Below are positions 12,704 to 27,845 of a stretch of 64,000 nucleotides of DNA, piece after piece. The first letter of the stretch is position 1. Each line of letters starts with the position of its first letter. Both the position numbers and the translations under genes were made by a program. The notes under the pieces were generated by a model. That model did not search any database. It was not told the origin of the DNA and saw nothing but the letters and a program-made list of their open reading frames with translations. This stretch comes from Diplonema japonicum (lineage: Eukaryota; Protista; Euglenozoa: Diplonemea). Where the stretch lies: assembly GCA_964019335.1 (NCBI GenBank), contig OZ025656.1, positions 186,001 to 250,000 of the forward strand, read 5' to 3'.

Positions 12704-13202
12704 GTAATTTTTTTTTTGTTTCCCTTTTTTGCGGACAAAATGAACTCTCCTTCGAAGCAGAGGTACGATTTTTTTGTTTTGCTTCATTATCTCTTCCCCC
12801 TGTTTACCTTCCAAAAAAAAAAAAAAAAAAAAAAAAAAAAGGAAAATTTTAACCACAAACGGACAAAAAAATTCTTTTGTTTCCCCCCCTTTTTTTCCCC
12901 CTCTTGTTTTTTTGGTATTGACAATAACAAAAAAAAAGTAATAATTGTTCTTCAAAAGCTCTCTTCTGCCATTTTCTGCACGTGGTTCCTTTTTTTTTTC
13001 CTTCCCCCCTTTTTTTCTTTCTCAAAAAAAAAAACCAACGTTTATTCTTATCGTTTTCACACTCTTATGCTTATTTCTTGTGTGTTTGTTTCTCCCCTGC
13101 TCCCTCCCCCCCTCCCTCTTTTTCTTGCCCATTTCCTCGAGCTTAAAACCGAGAGAGAGAAAAAAAAAACAAAAAAAAAGGAAGAGTTGCTTCCCACTGA
13201 TT

Positions 13203-13850
13203 ATGGAACAAGGGAATGTAGCCACACCGACAGAAGTGGTGACAACGTTGCACGTTACTGGGCTTCCCGACGAGACAACAGAGAGAGAGGTGTACATGCT
13301 ACTGGCAACACTGCCTGGTTTCGAGCATGGTCAGTTGATGTGCAGGCCAAGGGGTGTTGCTGTTTTTGCGAAATTTGAGAACACAGAGACAGCAGAGTAC
13401 GCTTTAATGGTTCTGAACGGATTCCCTGTGGAGGCGGGGAACTTGGAGAGGGTCCTTCACGCAAGCTACGCTTCTTCGCAATCGCGCATTGACCGGAAAG
13501 ATCGATGTATCATAAGCAACAGAAAGTCTAACCCCCCACAACAGCCTCTAAACCGGTTCGAGCCCTACCCCCTACCTGGCGCGGGAGGCTTCATCCCCAT
13601 GAGCTCTTCCTTCCCTACCACAATATACATCGAGTTTCCAAAGATAATGGACACGGTTTCTGAAGAGCTTGTTGCAAGTATTCTGGAACCAGCCTCCATA
13701 GTTCGCATCTCTATTAAAGGTACCAGGGTATGGGTAAAGTTTGGAACCCCGACTGCAGCCTCAGAAGGTTTGCGAAGACACGGGTACATGGACCACCGTA
13801 CTCACAATATGCCTATTTCGGTGTCGTATGCAAAAACTGAATCGAAGTAA
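13203..13850 (+). CDS. Two-RRM RNA-binding protein, first RRM RBPMS/couch-potato-like
   Basis: Likely start MEQGNV at 13203 (upstream ORF part is homopolymer). TLHVTGLPDETTEREVYMLL...VAVFAKF...LHASYA; second degenerate RRM TIYIEF...VWVKF...ISVSYAK. Confidence 0.8.
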   Translation: MEQGNVATPTEVVTTLHVTGLPDETTEREVYMLLATLPGFEHGQLMCRPRGVAVFAKFENTETAEYALMVLNGFPVEAGNLERVLHASYASSQSRIDRKDRCIISNRKSNPPQQPLNRFEPYPLPGAGGFIPMSSSFPTTIYIEFPKIMDTVSEELVASILEPASIVRISIKGTRVWVKFGTPTAASEGLRRHGYMDHRTHNMPISVSYAKTESK

Positions 13851-13971
13851 AAAGATGTGAGGGGGGAGTTGCTAGTGTAATATTGTTTTTTCTACCCCCT
13901 CCCGGGTAAGGAGCTTGTTTCTAGAGGGTTAATATTTTATTCGTTCCTCAGAGGGAGGGGGTGAGCAAATC

Positions 13972-16032
13972 ATGGACGACATCCAGAGGTGTGTCAAGTA
14001 CAAGAGGGATATCCTCATCGAGTGCAATGACATCGATAAGTTTGCGGTGGCCGTCACGACGTTGTTGCAGTACGCGGACAACGTGACGGAGAGTCCAACG
14101 GAGCCGAGGTATGTAGATGGAAGAATGTAGAACCACAACTAAGGTATCGCAACGTCAACGGGAGCAACAAGAACTATCTTGAGAGGGTCGGGCAGTACGA
14201 ATCTGGCAGGGCGCTCATGGGGGTATGCAAAGGTCGTCAACGCACAATTCTCACAGCTAATCGGATTCTCTGCAAACATCCAAGAGGGGAGGTTAATCAT
14301 GCCTGTGGATGTGACGCCCTGCCACGGTGTCGTGGGGGCCTTGAGGGGGGTGTGTGAGACGCCTGCCGCCTACGCATCAGATGCCGCCCCTGCACCCACA
14401 CAACCTCAGACTGCAGAGGAGGTTGTGCAAGATGAACCTGTTCGGACACCCGAGCTTGTGTCACCCATGCCACCAGAGACGGAGGCGGGGGCAGAGGCGG
14501 AGGCAGAGACAGAGGCGCAAGTAGAGACAGAGGCAGAAGCAGAGACAGAGACAGAGACAGAGGCAGAGGCAGCGACAGAAGAGCCCATCTGGGCGTGTCT
14601 GCGGTGCACCTTCCACAACGATATAGTCGTCACAAAGTGCGACATGTGTGGTGTGCCCCGTCCTGTGGAACCCACCTACGCCACCACGGCCACCTCCCCC
14701 ATCTTCGAGCCCCCGCAGGAGGAGTCCCGCATCACCGTTAGCTCCGGCCGTGCCGACGCTGCGGTCGGGTCCCCCCTCCTCACCACAGACATGGGGTGCA
14801 GCCCCATCCCGCAACACAGCACCGCCGAAGTCGGCTGCTCCGCTAACCTCCGCCACCTCAAGACGCCCCTCGAGAGCGAGGCGTACCTCGAAGAGGGCCT
14901 TGAGCGTGTCAGGAGGCGCCTTGCGGAGTTGTGTAGGCGCAGTGGGTCGGGCGGCTCTGGCGCCACAGCTTCACCTCTCCAGGAGCTCAGTACCAACACC
15001 AACAGGATTGCAATCCCGAAGTGCCGTGGGCAGTCTGGAACACCCCTTCGTAGGGAGCTGACTGGCGCACTCGAATGCGGCGTGTGCCTGTGCCTCATGG
15101 TGTACCCTATCACGACACCATGCGGCCACTCCTTCTGCAGGCACTGCCTAGTAGAGGCCATTGCGAAGACGGGGAAGAAATGCCCCACGTGCAGAGGTGA
15201 CTGTGACATCGACCCTTCCAAGGCACCTGAGAACAAGCTGCTGGCGAACACGGCGAAGCTTGCGAACTCGAACGAGTATAGCGTGCGGAAGAAGGAGGCG
15301 GACACACAGCTGGACAGGTTGAAGCACATGTCGTTGAACAGCTTGCCGGTGCTTATCGGCGACGACTGTCCGTGTCCAGGGTCGACGTGCAAGCTGCAGC
15401 TTGCGGAGGCAAGGGATGTGGCGTTGCTGAAATATATCGCGCGGAATGGGGGGAAGTTCGTGTTGCTGCCGAGCACAGACGGCGGTAGGGTGAGAAAAGG
15501 TGCCATTGGGTTGCACTGCACGCTGCGGAGGGCGGAGGACCTACCCAACGGGCACGCTAGTGCGTCTGTGAACGTGGGCCACCGTGTCATCGTGTCGAAG
15601 CACTGCCAGGCAAGCGAGGGGCACACCAATGCAGAGGTCGTCACGCACGTCGATTCTAATGAGTGCACATGGGAAGCACTAGCAGCCACACATCACTTGA
15701 AGAAAATCATAAGGGATTTTTTCAGGACACAGCCATCTGGCGTGCAGAGGCAGACGGAACGGTTCACAGGACCAGAGCCCCCCATCCCAGCCCTACCGAG
15801 GGGCAGGACCGAGTCCATCCACCCTGGGTCCACAAAGTACACCTTCTGGGCTGCTTCTGTCCTCTCGCACCTGAGGATTATACAAAAGAGGCTTAAGCCT
15901 ACCTTGGTTACACAGCGCGACTGCCTTAACAGGGCAACCACCCTCTGTCATGTAGTCGGGTCTGCACTGCGCCACCAGACAAACCCACGCGAGCCACGCG
16001 AAAGGGAAAGAGAGATGGTCCGCGCTGCTTGA
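13972..16032 (+). CDS. 663-aa E3 ubiquitin ligase: PUB - acidic linker - NZF/RanBP2 zinc finger - C3HC4 RING - LON-N-like domain; exons 13972-14108, 14144-14222, 14257-16032
   Basis: Introns 14109-14143 and 14223-14256 (both GTATG..AG) restore LLQYADNVTESPTEPRYRNVNGSNKNYLERVGQYESGRALMGLIGF (PUB-like). WACLRCTFHN..CDMC; CGVCLCLMVYPITTPCGHSFCRHCL..CPTCR; LPVL..PCPGSTCKLQLAEAR resembles the LONRF LON domain. Confidence 0.85.
14476..14580 (+). repeat. Coding hexamer repeat (GAGACA/GAGGCA; poly-EA/ET linker)
   Basis: Visible tandem repeat encoding ETEAGAEAEAETEAQVETEAEAETETETEAEAATE. Confidence 0.85.
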
Positions 16033-16324
16033 GACAGAGGAGAAATACTTTAAACCTTGTTCCATTTCCACTGAATTAGATTGTTTCTTTTCTTTCCCCC
16101 ACCCATCTTTTTTTTTAGATCTTCAAAAAAGAAGAATACAAAAAAAAAAAAAAAATAGACAACCCTTTTAATTATGTAAAACCTTTCTTGTTTCCTCTCC
16201 GCCTTTCTACAAAAGAAAAAAAAAAGAAATTAGGCACCACCACCTGTATTTTATTTTTATTTTTATTATTTTATTTTTACCAATCGATATGCTTAGTAAC
16301 AGGTGACACACAACAACAATAACA

Positions 16325-17769
16325 ATGGTGCTGGTGAACCGTCCGGCGGCGAATACGAAGTTTGTGAGGAAGGAGGAAAGGAAAGACCAGGTGGTGACAG
16401 CTCCTGGGAGGAAGGTGAAGGGGTTGGACAGACACAGGGCAGGGAAGGCGAAGGAAGCAGATGGTGAAGAAAGCGATGACGAACTTGTTGTGCGAGAGCG
16501 GGGCACAAAAGAAAAACACAAGGTCGAGCAAAAGGTCGACAGAAGACTAGAACGAATGCAGCAACACACCGCAACCGGCACAAGAAGACACATCCACGCA
16601 GAGGTCATCGAAGAACCCACAGAACAACCCGAACAACAACAACAACAACAACAACAACAAACAGAAGAAGACGACTTTGAAGAACGACGTGCCAAGGCAC
16701 GCATGATGAGAGCCCCCTCACCCGACACACAAGGCGCAGATATCAACAACGAACTGAACATTGAAACAGAAGAAGAAGAAGAATACGAAGAAGTAACTGA
16801 AAGCGAGGAAGAAGAAGCCCACACATACGCCTTGTCAAAACCGGTGTACATTGCAAAGCAACAGAGAAACACGCATTTGGAACAAAGAAAACGAGAGGTG
16901 GAAAAGCAAGAACTCGTCTTGAAGAAACAAGCCATCGCAGAAAAAAGAAGAGAAGACACAAAACGAATGGTTATCGAGGACAAGAAACAACAAGAAGCCG
17001 CAGCGAATAACGAAGCAGAGTCCGACGGGGAACTACCTGACGATAACGACGATCTTGACCCAACTATGGAGTTTACCAGGTGGGAGAACAGGGAGATGAA
17101 AAGAATGGTCAGATACAGGGATCAACGTGACAAGGAGGAAGCAGAGAAACGCGAAGTCCTCCGACGCCGACTTCTTTCGGACGATGCAAGAAAACAGGAG
17201 AACATTGACTACGACAAGCTGCTTCGGTCTAAAGGGCTTCGCACCGATAAGGTCAAACGGAATTTCATGCAAAAACATTACCACATGGGAGGATTCTTCC
17301 AAGACACGGAAGAAAAGGGTCTCACTAAAGAGGCTATCTACAACCGTGACATCGACCATGCAGTGGGCGCGGATAGGTTCAACAAGGAGCTTCTTTCAGG
17401 CGCACAGCAGGTACGTGGTGACGAGTTCGGGAAGAAAGGGCAGACTAAATGGACCCATCTCACCAACGAAGATACCACCTACCAGAAGGACAGGCACGGC
17501 GAGATGCTTGAAAACGCCTTCGTAACGACAACCTTTGCCTCCAACAAGGCTACCATGTCCGCAAATCAAGCGCACCAAGCGTCTGAAAACCATCTTATGT
17601 TCCGGCATGCAAAGGCGAGCGAAACTACCCCCCTTGCCCCTGGTTCGTCGCAGTATGGGTCTGCTGGTGTGCAGCACAAGGTATGAACCGGGAAACATAT
17701 TTTTTTTTGGGGAAAAAAAAAAAATCCAAGGATTATCAATTGTCGCGCCCCAGCAAACGGAAGAAGTGA
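16325..17769 (+). CDS. MFAP1: MFAP1 spliceosomal B-complex protein, 464 aa; exons 16325-17680, 17731-17769
   Basis: EFTRWENREMKRMVR, RNFMQKHYHMGGFFQD and FGKKGQTKWTHL motifs. Intron 17681-17730 (GTATG..CAAG) yields C-terminus DYQLSRPSKRKK*, like the basic MFAP1 tail. Confidence 0.9.
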
Positions 17770-18034
17770 GAAGGAAAAAGAAGAAGAAGAAGAAGAGAAA
17801 AAAAAGGGGTGGTGTGTTTTACTACCTTTTTTTTTAATGTTTTTTTATACTTTATTTATGTGGTGGTGGTGGGGGGTTTTTTTTTTTCGTTTTTTTTTTC
17901 TCGTTTGCTAACAGTTCTCTTCCCCCCCCCCCCCCCTCCCTCCCTCCATCATAGTGAATGCTTTTTTTTGTTTTGTTTTGTTTTTTTGTCTTTTAATTGC
18001 TATTTTTTCAAAGGAACCCGACATCGCTTACACT

Positions 18035-18421
18035 ATGAGATGGATCCGTGTTATGGTAATGTTGGAGAATGCCACCGGTCTACGGCTGCCTGTTGCACCT
18101 CAAGGAGGTATGTTAAAGAAGAAAAGGAAATGGGGAACGTACTCTTGAATTACAGCCAGGATTAGTCCACCCGAGTGGAGCAACAAAGACTCCCACTTCA
18201 TCAGCTTGTCGCCCCATACCGAAATGTCGCTCGATTTAGTGAAGCCAGTTATCTGCCAAAGGTTCCAGCTCCATGACGATCTTGTGATCTACAATGGAGA
18301 AGGTGAGAAGGCAACTACAGTACAGGAGGGGAATAACTACTATGTTGCTGGTTTCATGGATTGGAAAAGGGGGTGCCCCAGGGTGACACTGGGGCAGGTT
18401 GATTTTGCTGAAGGGAAGTAA
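18035..18421 (+). CDS. 112-aa hypothetical protein, possible beta-grasp/doublecortin-like fold; exons 18035-18107, 18156-18421
   Basis: Intron 18108-18155 (GTATG..TACAG) joins the two short ORFs in frame. VIYNGEGEKATTVQEGNNYYVAG resembles the DCX-domain motif. Confidence 0.65.
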
Positions 18422-18806
18422 GAAAAAAAAAAAAAAAAAAAAAAAAAAAAACGTTCTTACCTTTTACACCCCCCCCCTCACTGTAAAAAAAAAAAAAATA
18501 ATACAAGCAATACCACCTACCCTTCCCCTCTTTTTTCCTCCTTGAGGGGAAGGAAAAAAAAAAAGAAGAAAAAAAAACACACACAGGTCAAATTCTTTTT
18601 TGTTGTGGCAAATAGCCTCTCCGTTGTCTTGTTTTGTTTGAAGGACTGCGGCATACATTTCTTGTTTGTATTTTTTTTTTTTTTTTTTTTTTCAAACGAA
18701 TTCTTGATAGAATATTCCCGGCCCAAAGGATCCTCCGATTCTGGAAACATCACCCTTTTTTTTGCTCCTTTCTTCTTCGCGGGCCCTCCCTAGCAAGTTT
18801 TTGCCT

Positions 18807-18843
<37 letters not shown>

Positions 18844-19111
18844 TCAAAACACCCCCTCCCCTGAGCACAGGATAAAAAGAGGCTTTTTTAAAAAAAATAC
18901 TTCCTTCCTCTCCCTTTCCCCCCTGTTTTATACTACCGCCCCTCCCCTCGCCCCAACCTTTCTCTTCTCCCCATTTTTTTTTCTCGAGGAAATAACTCAA
19001 GGCTCCCCAAGGCTTATGAAAAAATGCTAAGGGGGTCTAGTTAACCCCCCCCCTTTTTTTCTCTTTTTTTCGTTTCTTTAAAAAAAAAAAAAAAAAAAGA
19101 AAAAGAGTAGA

Positions 19112-19576
19112 ATGCCACGGATCACAGCAGCAAACAGAGAGCGACGACTTCAATCAGAGCTGAAGCAAGTACATCGAGCTCCCTCACCAGGTGTAATGGC
19201 AGGTATTGTCGGAGATGATTTGATGCTGTGGAAGGCAGTCATTAGTGGCACCCAGGGGACGCCATATGAGGGCGGTGTGTTCTTCCTGAAAATTCAAGTA
19301 CCCTATGAGTACCCATTCAAGCCACCAAAGATAACATTCACCACCCGGTTGTACCACCCGAATGTCAACAGCAACGGAGGGATCTGCTTGGATGTTTTGG
19401 GTCAACAGTGGTCTCCAGCCATGACCGTGCCAAAGGCGCTTCTGGCGGTGCAGAGCCTGATGGGGGACCCAACGCACTACGACGCACTGGTGCCTGTCAT
19501 AGGAAAGCAGCTTCGGGACAATCGAGAAGAGTTTGAGAAGACCGCAAAGGAATGGACGCAGAAGTACGCTGCGTGA
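19112..19576 (+). CDS. Ubiquitin-conjugating enzyme E2, divergent UBC4/UBE2D-like (copy 1, intronless)
   Basis: [20 protein letters not shown] (catalytic Cys), WSPA. Confidence 0.93.
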   Translation: MPRITAANRERRLQSELKQVHRAPSPGVMAGIVGDDLMLWKAVISGTQGTPYEGGVFFLKIQVPYEYPFKPPKITFTTRLYHPNVNSNGGICLDVLGQQWSPAMTVPKALLAVQSLMGDPTHYDALVPVIGKQLRDNREEFEKTAKEWTQKYAA

Positions 19577-19727
19577 AGTTTTTGAAAAAAGAAAAAAAAA
19601 ATTCCCCCCCCCTCTCATCCTAACCTTATCCTTACCTCATTGTGAGAATGGATCCCAGCCTTTCAGCTTTCGCTGTAGTCCAACAGGGAGTCTCGGGGGG
19701 GGGGGGGGGGTGGTCGACTCACAATGA

Positions 19728-20261
<534 letters not shown>

Positions 20262-20332
20262 CCCCTGGCGTGGCTTCCCCTTTACACCCTTGATGTTATT
20301 TTCTTATTATGCCTTTAAAGAGAGACTGAATG

Positions 20333-20364
<32 letters not shown>

Positions 20365-20677
20365 ATCTAACTCGCTTTGAAAAAAAAAAAAAAGAATTTT
20401 TTTTGTTCTCCCTCCACACGCAGAAGAAGCGAAAAAAAAAAAAAAAAAAAAAAAAAAAACCACACCCCCTTGGCTAGCTTGAAACTTTGTGGTTTTTTTT
20501 TTTTTCTTCCTCCCGCTCTTTTCCTTCCATTTTTTTTTTTTGGGCTCTTTTTTTTTTTCCTTTTTTTTTTTTTCTTATTTCTTGGTGATCACACTGCAGA
20601 AAACTAGTCGCACGCCACAGGAACACCTGCGTTGCCTTGAAAGGGTTGGAGCCCAACGAACCTCCAACACGGCCTAA

Positions 20678-21632
<955 letters not shown>

Positions 21633-21807
21633 CCCCTGGCGTGGCTTCTTTTTACACCCTTGATGTTTATTATGTTTTTTCTTTAAAGAGGAATGAAGAA
21701 ACCTTATCCAATAAAAAAAAAAAAAAAGAGGGGAGAAAAAATCACCACTTTGGCTAGCTTGAAAAAAATTGTGTGGTTTTTTTTTTTTTTTTTTTTTTAC
21801 TTATTAA

Positions 21808-22402
<595 letters not shown>

Positions 22403-23390
22403 TGATTGTGGGAAATAATAATATAAAAAAATAAAATAAAAAGAAACAAAAAATAAGAGGGGAGGAAGTGTTTTGGCAGTCCTTTTTTTTTCTCGTTTTT
22501 TTTTCCCCCACACTCGTCCCCCCTCTCCCCTTGGTCGGCGTTGCCGTAGCTGCACCCCGGAAGACGGGGAAGCAAAGTGGCAAAAAAAAAAAAGAAAAAA
22601 AATACAAGGTTAATCAAAAAAAAAAAAAAAAAAAAATGACGGAAAAAAAAGGGGGATCATAGTTGTTTTTTATTATTATTTATTTATTTATTGCGAAGGA
22701 ATATGTGGCTAGCTCTGGTGCCCATTGGCGGGAAAAAAAACCCCCCCCCTCCCCCATTCTTTGTCTCAGCTTCCCCCCTATTTTTTTATCTCATTTCCCC
22801 CCTCCCACGCTCTTACTTACCGTAAGTTTTAGTGTTACTTATTTTCCCCTTAACTTCGTTTCTGATACCCAGCCCTCGTACCCCAGTCCCGCACACACTC
22901 TTTTTTTTTTTCATTACTAGCCTTAGTTTCAAAATTCTTTCTTTTTCTCAACACTGGGAGAAAATTAAAGGTGCACCTTTCTTTTCGAAATAAAAAAAAA
23001 ATGGAAATTTTCTAGCACTCACAAAAAAAAAAAAAGATGATAGCAAAGGAGAGCCGAGTGGGTTTAAAAAAAAAGAAAAGACTTGCTCCCCCTCTTTTAC
23101 CTTGCTTTTTTTTTTTTTCCCTTTTTTTTTTAAATCCACAAAAGAGAGAAAGAGAGAGGAAGAAAAGGGAAAAAAAAAGAAAAAAAAGTGGGACTTTTTT
23201 TTATTCCTTTTTTTTATTGCGTTTGATATTTTTTTTCCAACCCACCCCCCCCCCCCCCACGTCCCTTATTTTCTTTTTATCTCACCCCCTCCCTCAAAAG
23301 CACCTGACCCAACCAATTTTTCTTTTCTTTTTTCTTCCCAGCATTTCTCCCCCCCCTTTTTTTTCTTTTCTGGATTCCATTCAAGAATAG

Positions 23391-24084
<694 letters not shown>

Positions 24085-24618
24085 ATAAAAGAGAAAAAAA
24101 AAATAATATAAAAAAAAAAAAAGAAAAATGTCAACCAGCCGGTATGGCATCCTTTTCTATCTATTTTTTTTTTTTGACAGGCGGGTGAGAGGAACAAACA
24201 GGAAGAAGAAGGAGGAAGAAGGGAGGGAGTATTAAAAAAAAAAAAGGGAGAGAGGACAAAGTTTAATCATTGCGATGGGTGTTTCTAACACTACCCCTAT
24301 CATGTGATTCCCCCCCCCCTTTTTTTATTCTAAACACAAACTTAAAAAGAAAAAAAAACAAGGTTGGTTTCCCATTTTTCTTTTTGTTCCCCACTGCCGT
24401 GTGAGTGGTTGTCTTTATTCTTCTTCTTTTTTTTTTTTTTTTTTTCGTTCAAACTTATTTTTTAAAATCCCGCCCCCCCTACACCCAACCCTTATACAGG
24501 AGACTGCATGGTAGTGGGGCGATCTCTCGCTATCTAATTTGTTTTTGATTTGGTTCTGAACACTGTTTTTTTGTTCTGTTTTTCTTTTTTTCTATAATTG
24601 TGTAACGGACACGACAAA

Positions 24619-26601
24619 ATGGGGGATATTGCGGCCTTCATGCAACAGAATGGCTTGGACAACAAGCACGGTGACGATAAGCCAACGAACCAACACTGGC
24701 AGGGCGGTGTTGGGGGTCCAATTGGCTGGTTGAGTGGGCTAAGCAGCATCCCGCCAAGCCCCCCTCCTGCTGAGGAGAATGTTGTGGATCTTATATCACG
24801 CACTGTGACGGCTGAGGACGGCATGACGTTGAAGAAGAGGAACAGCTTTGGGGGAATGCACAACTCAGGGATGGGGTATCCCTTCCAGGAAGGGAGCTCT
24901 GCCACACCCCCACAGCGATCGTCCCCTACAGCCGCCATCGCTAGGGGTACTCACAGGCACAGCACGCCACAGCAACAGCAAGACTGGTTCAGCCCCTCTG
25001 CCCCAGCACCCCCAGCCCCCCCTGTGGCACCTACTGTCAACATGGTGAACGTACCTGTCGTCCCTGTCGACATCCCCAAAAAGGACGTCGCCCCCCCGCC
25101 CCCTACACCGCCTCAAGACCCTGCCGAGCCTTCGCTTTCCATGCCCCCGCCCCCGCCCCCCATCGACTCCCCGCCACCGCCCCCTCCCCCACCACCGCCC
25201 CCGCCGCCAGAAGAGGAGCCCCCCCTCTCCCCTGCCCAGACCCCCCCCGTCGCCCCCCTCCCCCCCGTGGAACCTGCCTCTCCCTGCACGCTTACCATGC
25301 TTCACGGTAAGCTGTCTTCCCACAACACCGAGGCGGCTAGGGTGGAGCACCTTGTCCCCGAAGTGGCAAGGCACGTCGTCGGCGGTGCGAAGGGCGTCGC
25401 ACACGAGATCACCAGCGCGACATGCGTCATCGAGACCGTGCACGGGTACTGGGTGGAGCGGCCCCTCGCAGAGGTCAAAAGGGGCATGTTGCTGGTGGTA
25501 AACGGTGACGAGGCAGGCTTCCTGAAGGAGGGGCCCGAGGTGCTGGGGTGCATGGCGGAGTGCTTTTTTGTGGCGGCTGTTGGCGATGTCGGGGGTGCCT
25601 TCCCGAAGGAGGCTCTCAGCTTTTCGTGCGATGCGGTGCAGGGCGATGTCCTTGAAGCGGTTTGGGCGCAGTACCCAGGCTGGGACGCGACGGACACGGT
25701 CCTGCTGCAGAGCAAGCTGTGCCCTGCCCACCCTTCCAACGTATGCCCCAAGGAAGCATTAAACAACACGACAGGCGCTCATCCTCCCACCTCTCTCCGG
25801 TCCTAAGAAAGACTCTGAGCATTCTAAAGCTCTGACAAAGATTCTTGAGGTATTCACTACCAGAAAACAACAGACCAAACCTAACCACCCACAGGAATTA
25901 GCACAGTCTGAAACTGATGTAAGGATTTGTCTCGAAGACAGCGTCGCAGACAGCGCAGAGTGGCGAACGGTATGGCCCCACGTTCTTAGTACACATTTAA
26001 CAGGGTGCGTGGCAGATGCCACCCACAGTGCCGGAATACAGCGAACCGAAGGTATGAGAAGGAAAAAAAAAAAAAGAAAGAAAATCACCCACATTTTTTT
26101 TTTTTTTTTTTTTCCCGCAGAAAGTGATGCAGAAAATAGTGGAGAAGACTGAACCCCTTGTGATTGAGTGTGTTGTGCCGAGCAAGGCGGCCATCCAGTC
26201 TGTGTTAAGCCAGGTGGGGCTACTGTTGGGCAAGTCGGTCGGGAAGAGTGAGAAAATCAAGGAAAAATCTCGCCACAATGAAAAAAAGAGAGCGCTGGTA
26301 GCCGTGGCGCACCTGGACAGGTCTCACGTAAACGAAACAAGAGCTCTTTTGGAGGACGTTATGTCAGCGGGGGGCGATGTTGAAGGAGACGAACAGAGAT
26401 CGAGAGACTGGTGGCCACTGAATGAGAAGTCCTTGCGAAATAGGCCTAAGATAGAGGAGCCTCGGAGTTACCAGCCAATGCAATCACGAGGAGGAGGGGG
26501 CAAACATAAGAAGGCCCATATGAGGCCCAGAATGGTTTGTATAAAAAGAAGGAGAAAAAAAAATTAAAAAAAATAATTTACAGGGCAGAGGAAGAAGCTA
26601 A
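24619..26601 (+). CDS. 583-aa proline-rich protein with degenerate FCP1/SCP (NIF, HAD-like) domain; exons 24619-25740, 25775-25849, 25895-25969, 26004-26051, 26121-26534, 26584-26601
   Basis: Five phase-0 GT-AG introns (34, 45, 34, 69, 49 nt) join ORFs 24598..25806 and 26124..26567 without stops. VWAQYPGWDATDTVLL..HPSNALILPP..LEELAQSETDVR resembles the FCP1-like C-terminal half. Confidence 0.7.
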
Positions 26602-26791
26602 GCGAGTTTCTTTTAAATGACAAACCACACACACACACACCCCCCATTCCCGTTACCCGGCCCAATTCACTTTTTTTTTTTTTTTTTTTAGAAAGAATGA
26701 TTTTTTTTTTATTGTGAATTATAAAAACCTGAGTTTGAAGATGAAAAAAAAAAAAGGGAAATGTGTGTCTTTAAGGTTCCTGGCGTTCGTT

Positions 26792-26824
26792 ATTCTGGTG
26801 TAGAGAGAGAGAGAGAGAGAGAGA
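26792..26824. repeat. (AG)n microsatellite
   Basis: Directly visible. Confidence 0.95.
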
Positions 26825-27464
26825 CCTGGGGTGTGCTTCGTGTTGGGTGTCTCACCATATCTTAGCCATGGCACAGTTTTTTTTTTTTTTTTTTTTTGTT
26901 TGCGAGCGCCTTAAACGAAGGCTTTATAATGCACAATAATTAAAAAAAAAAGTTTAAAAAAAAAAGGAGGGAAGAAGATAAGATGAAGGAAGAAAGAAGG
27001 AGGGGAAAAAAAAAATAAAGAAACACATTTTTCTTTTTGATACCTTGTCCTTTCTTTTATTTTTTTTATATTTTTTATATTTATTTACCTTTTTTTTTTG
27101 TTTGTTGGTTTATTTCGTTTCAGGAAGGAGGAAAAAAAAAAAAAAAGGTGTTCCCAACTGTGGGTGGGGGTAATGAACCGCTTTATGAAAAATATGTGAA
27201 AGAACAAAGATTGGAGGGAAAAAGAGGACAATGTAAAAAAAAAAAAAAAAAGATAGGGAATGTATGTTTTTCTTTTCTTTTTTTTCTTCTATGTGAAAAT
27301 CAAAATGTTGCAAACTTTTAAAGGCAATACAGAGGCGGTTACTTTTTCTTTTTCTTTTTCTTTTAGTTTATTATTATCTGAATGAGGGCATTTTTCTTTT
27401 TTTTTTTTTTTAATTCACGCTTCTTCATATCTCTAAAATTGTATTCCCAGGCAAAAGTGCACAA

Positions 27465-27507
<43 letters not shown>

Positions 27508-27809
27508 AAAACATTATCGCCAATTTCTTCTGAGTCTGTTCTCCAGGGATATACATCGGTAAATACCTGTTTTCTTTTAGAAACAAAGAAGGGAGGAGAA
27601 AGCAGAAGTGTGAAGGAGTAAGTCTTCTGGAGGTGATATGCCTAGGGGCAGAAGGAGGAAGAGGACAAGGGATGTAGAATCTCTTCTTGTTTCCTTCCTC
27701 CCACCCCCTCCCTCCCATGCCCTCCCCAAGCGCGCGCCTCGCTACGCTAAGCCCTGCCCTTGTCCTCTTTATCACTTTCCTCTCAACAGTTTTAAATAAA
27801 AAAGTTTTA

Positions 27810-27845
<36 letters not shown>

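Noticed and set aside
18418-18510. GTAAG donor that could extend the small beta-grasp protein
   Set aside because: Nearest acceptor AG gives a ~90-nt intron, beyond the size range here, and leads into low-complexity sequence.
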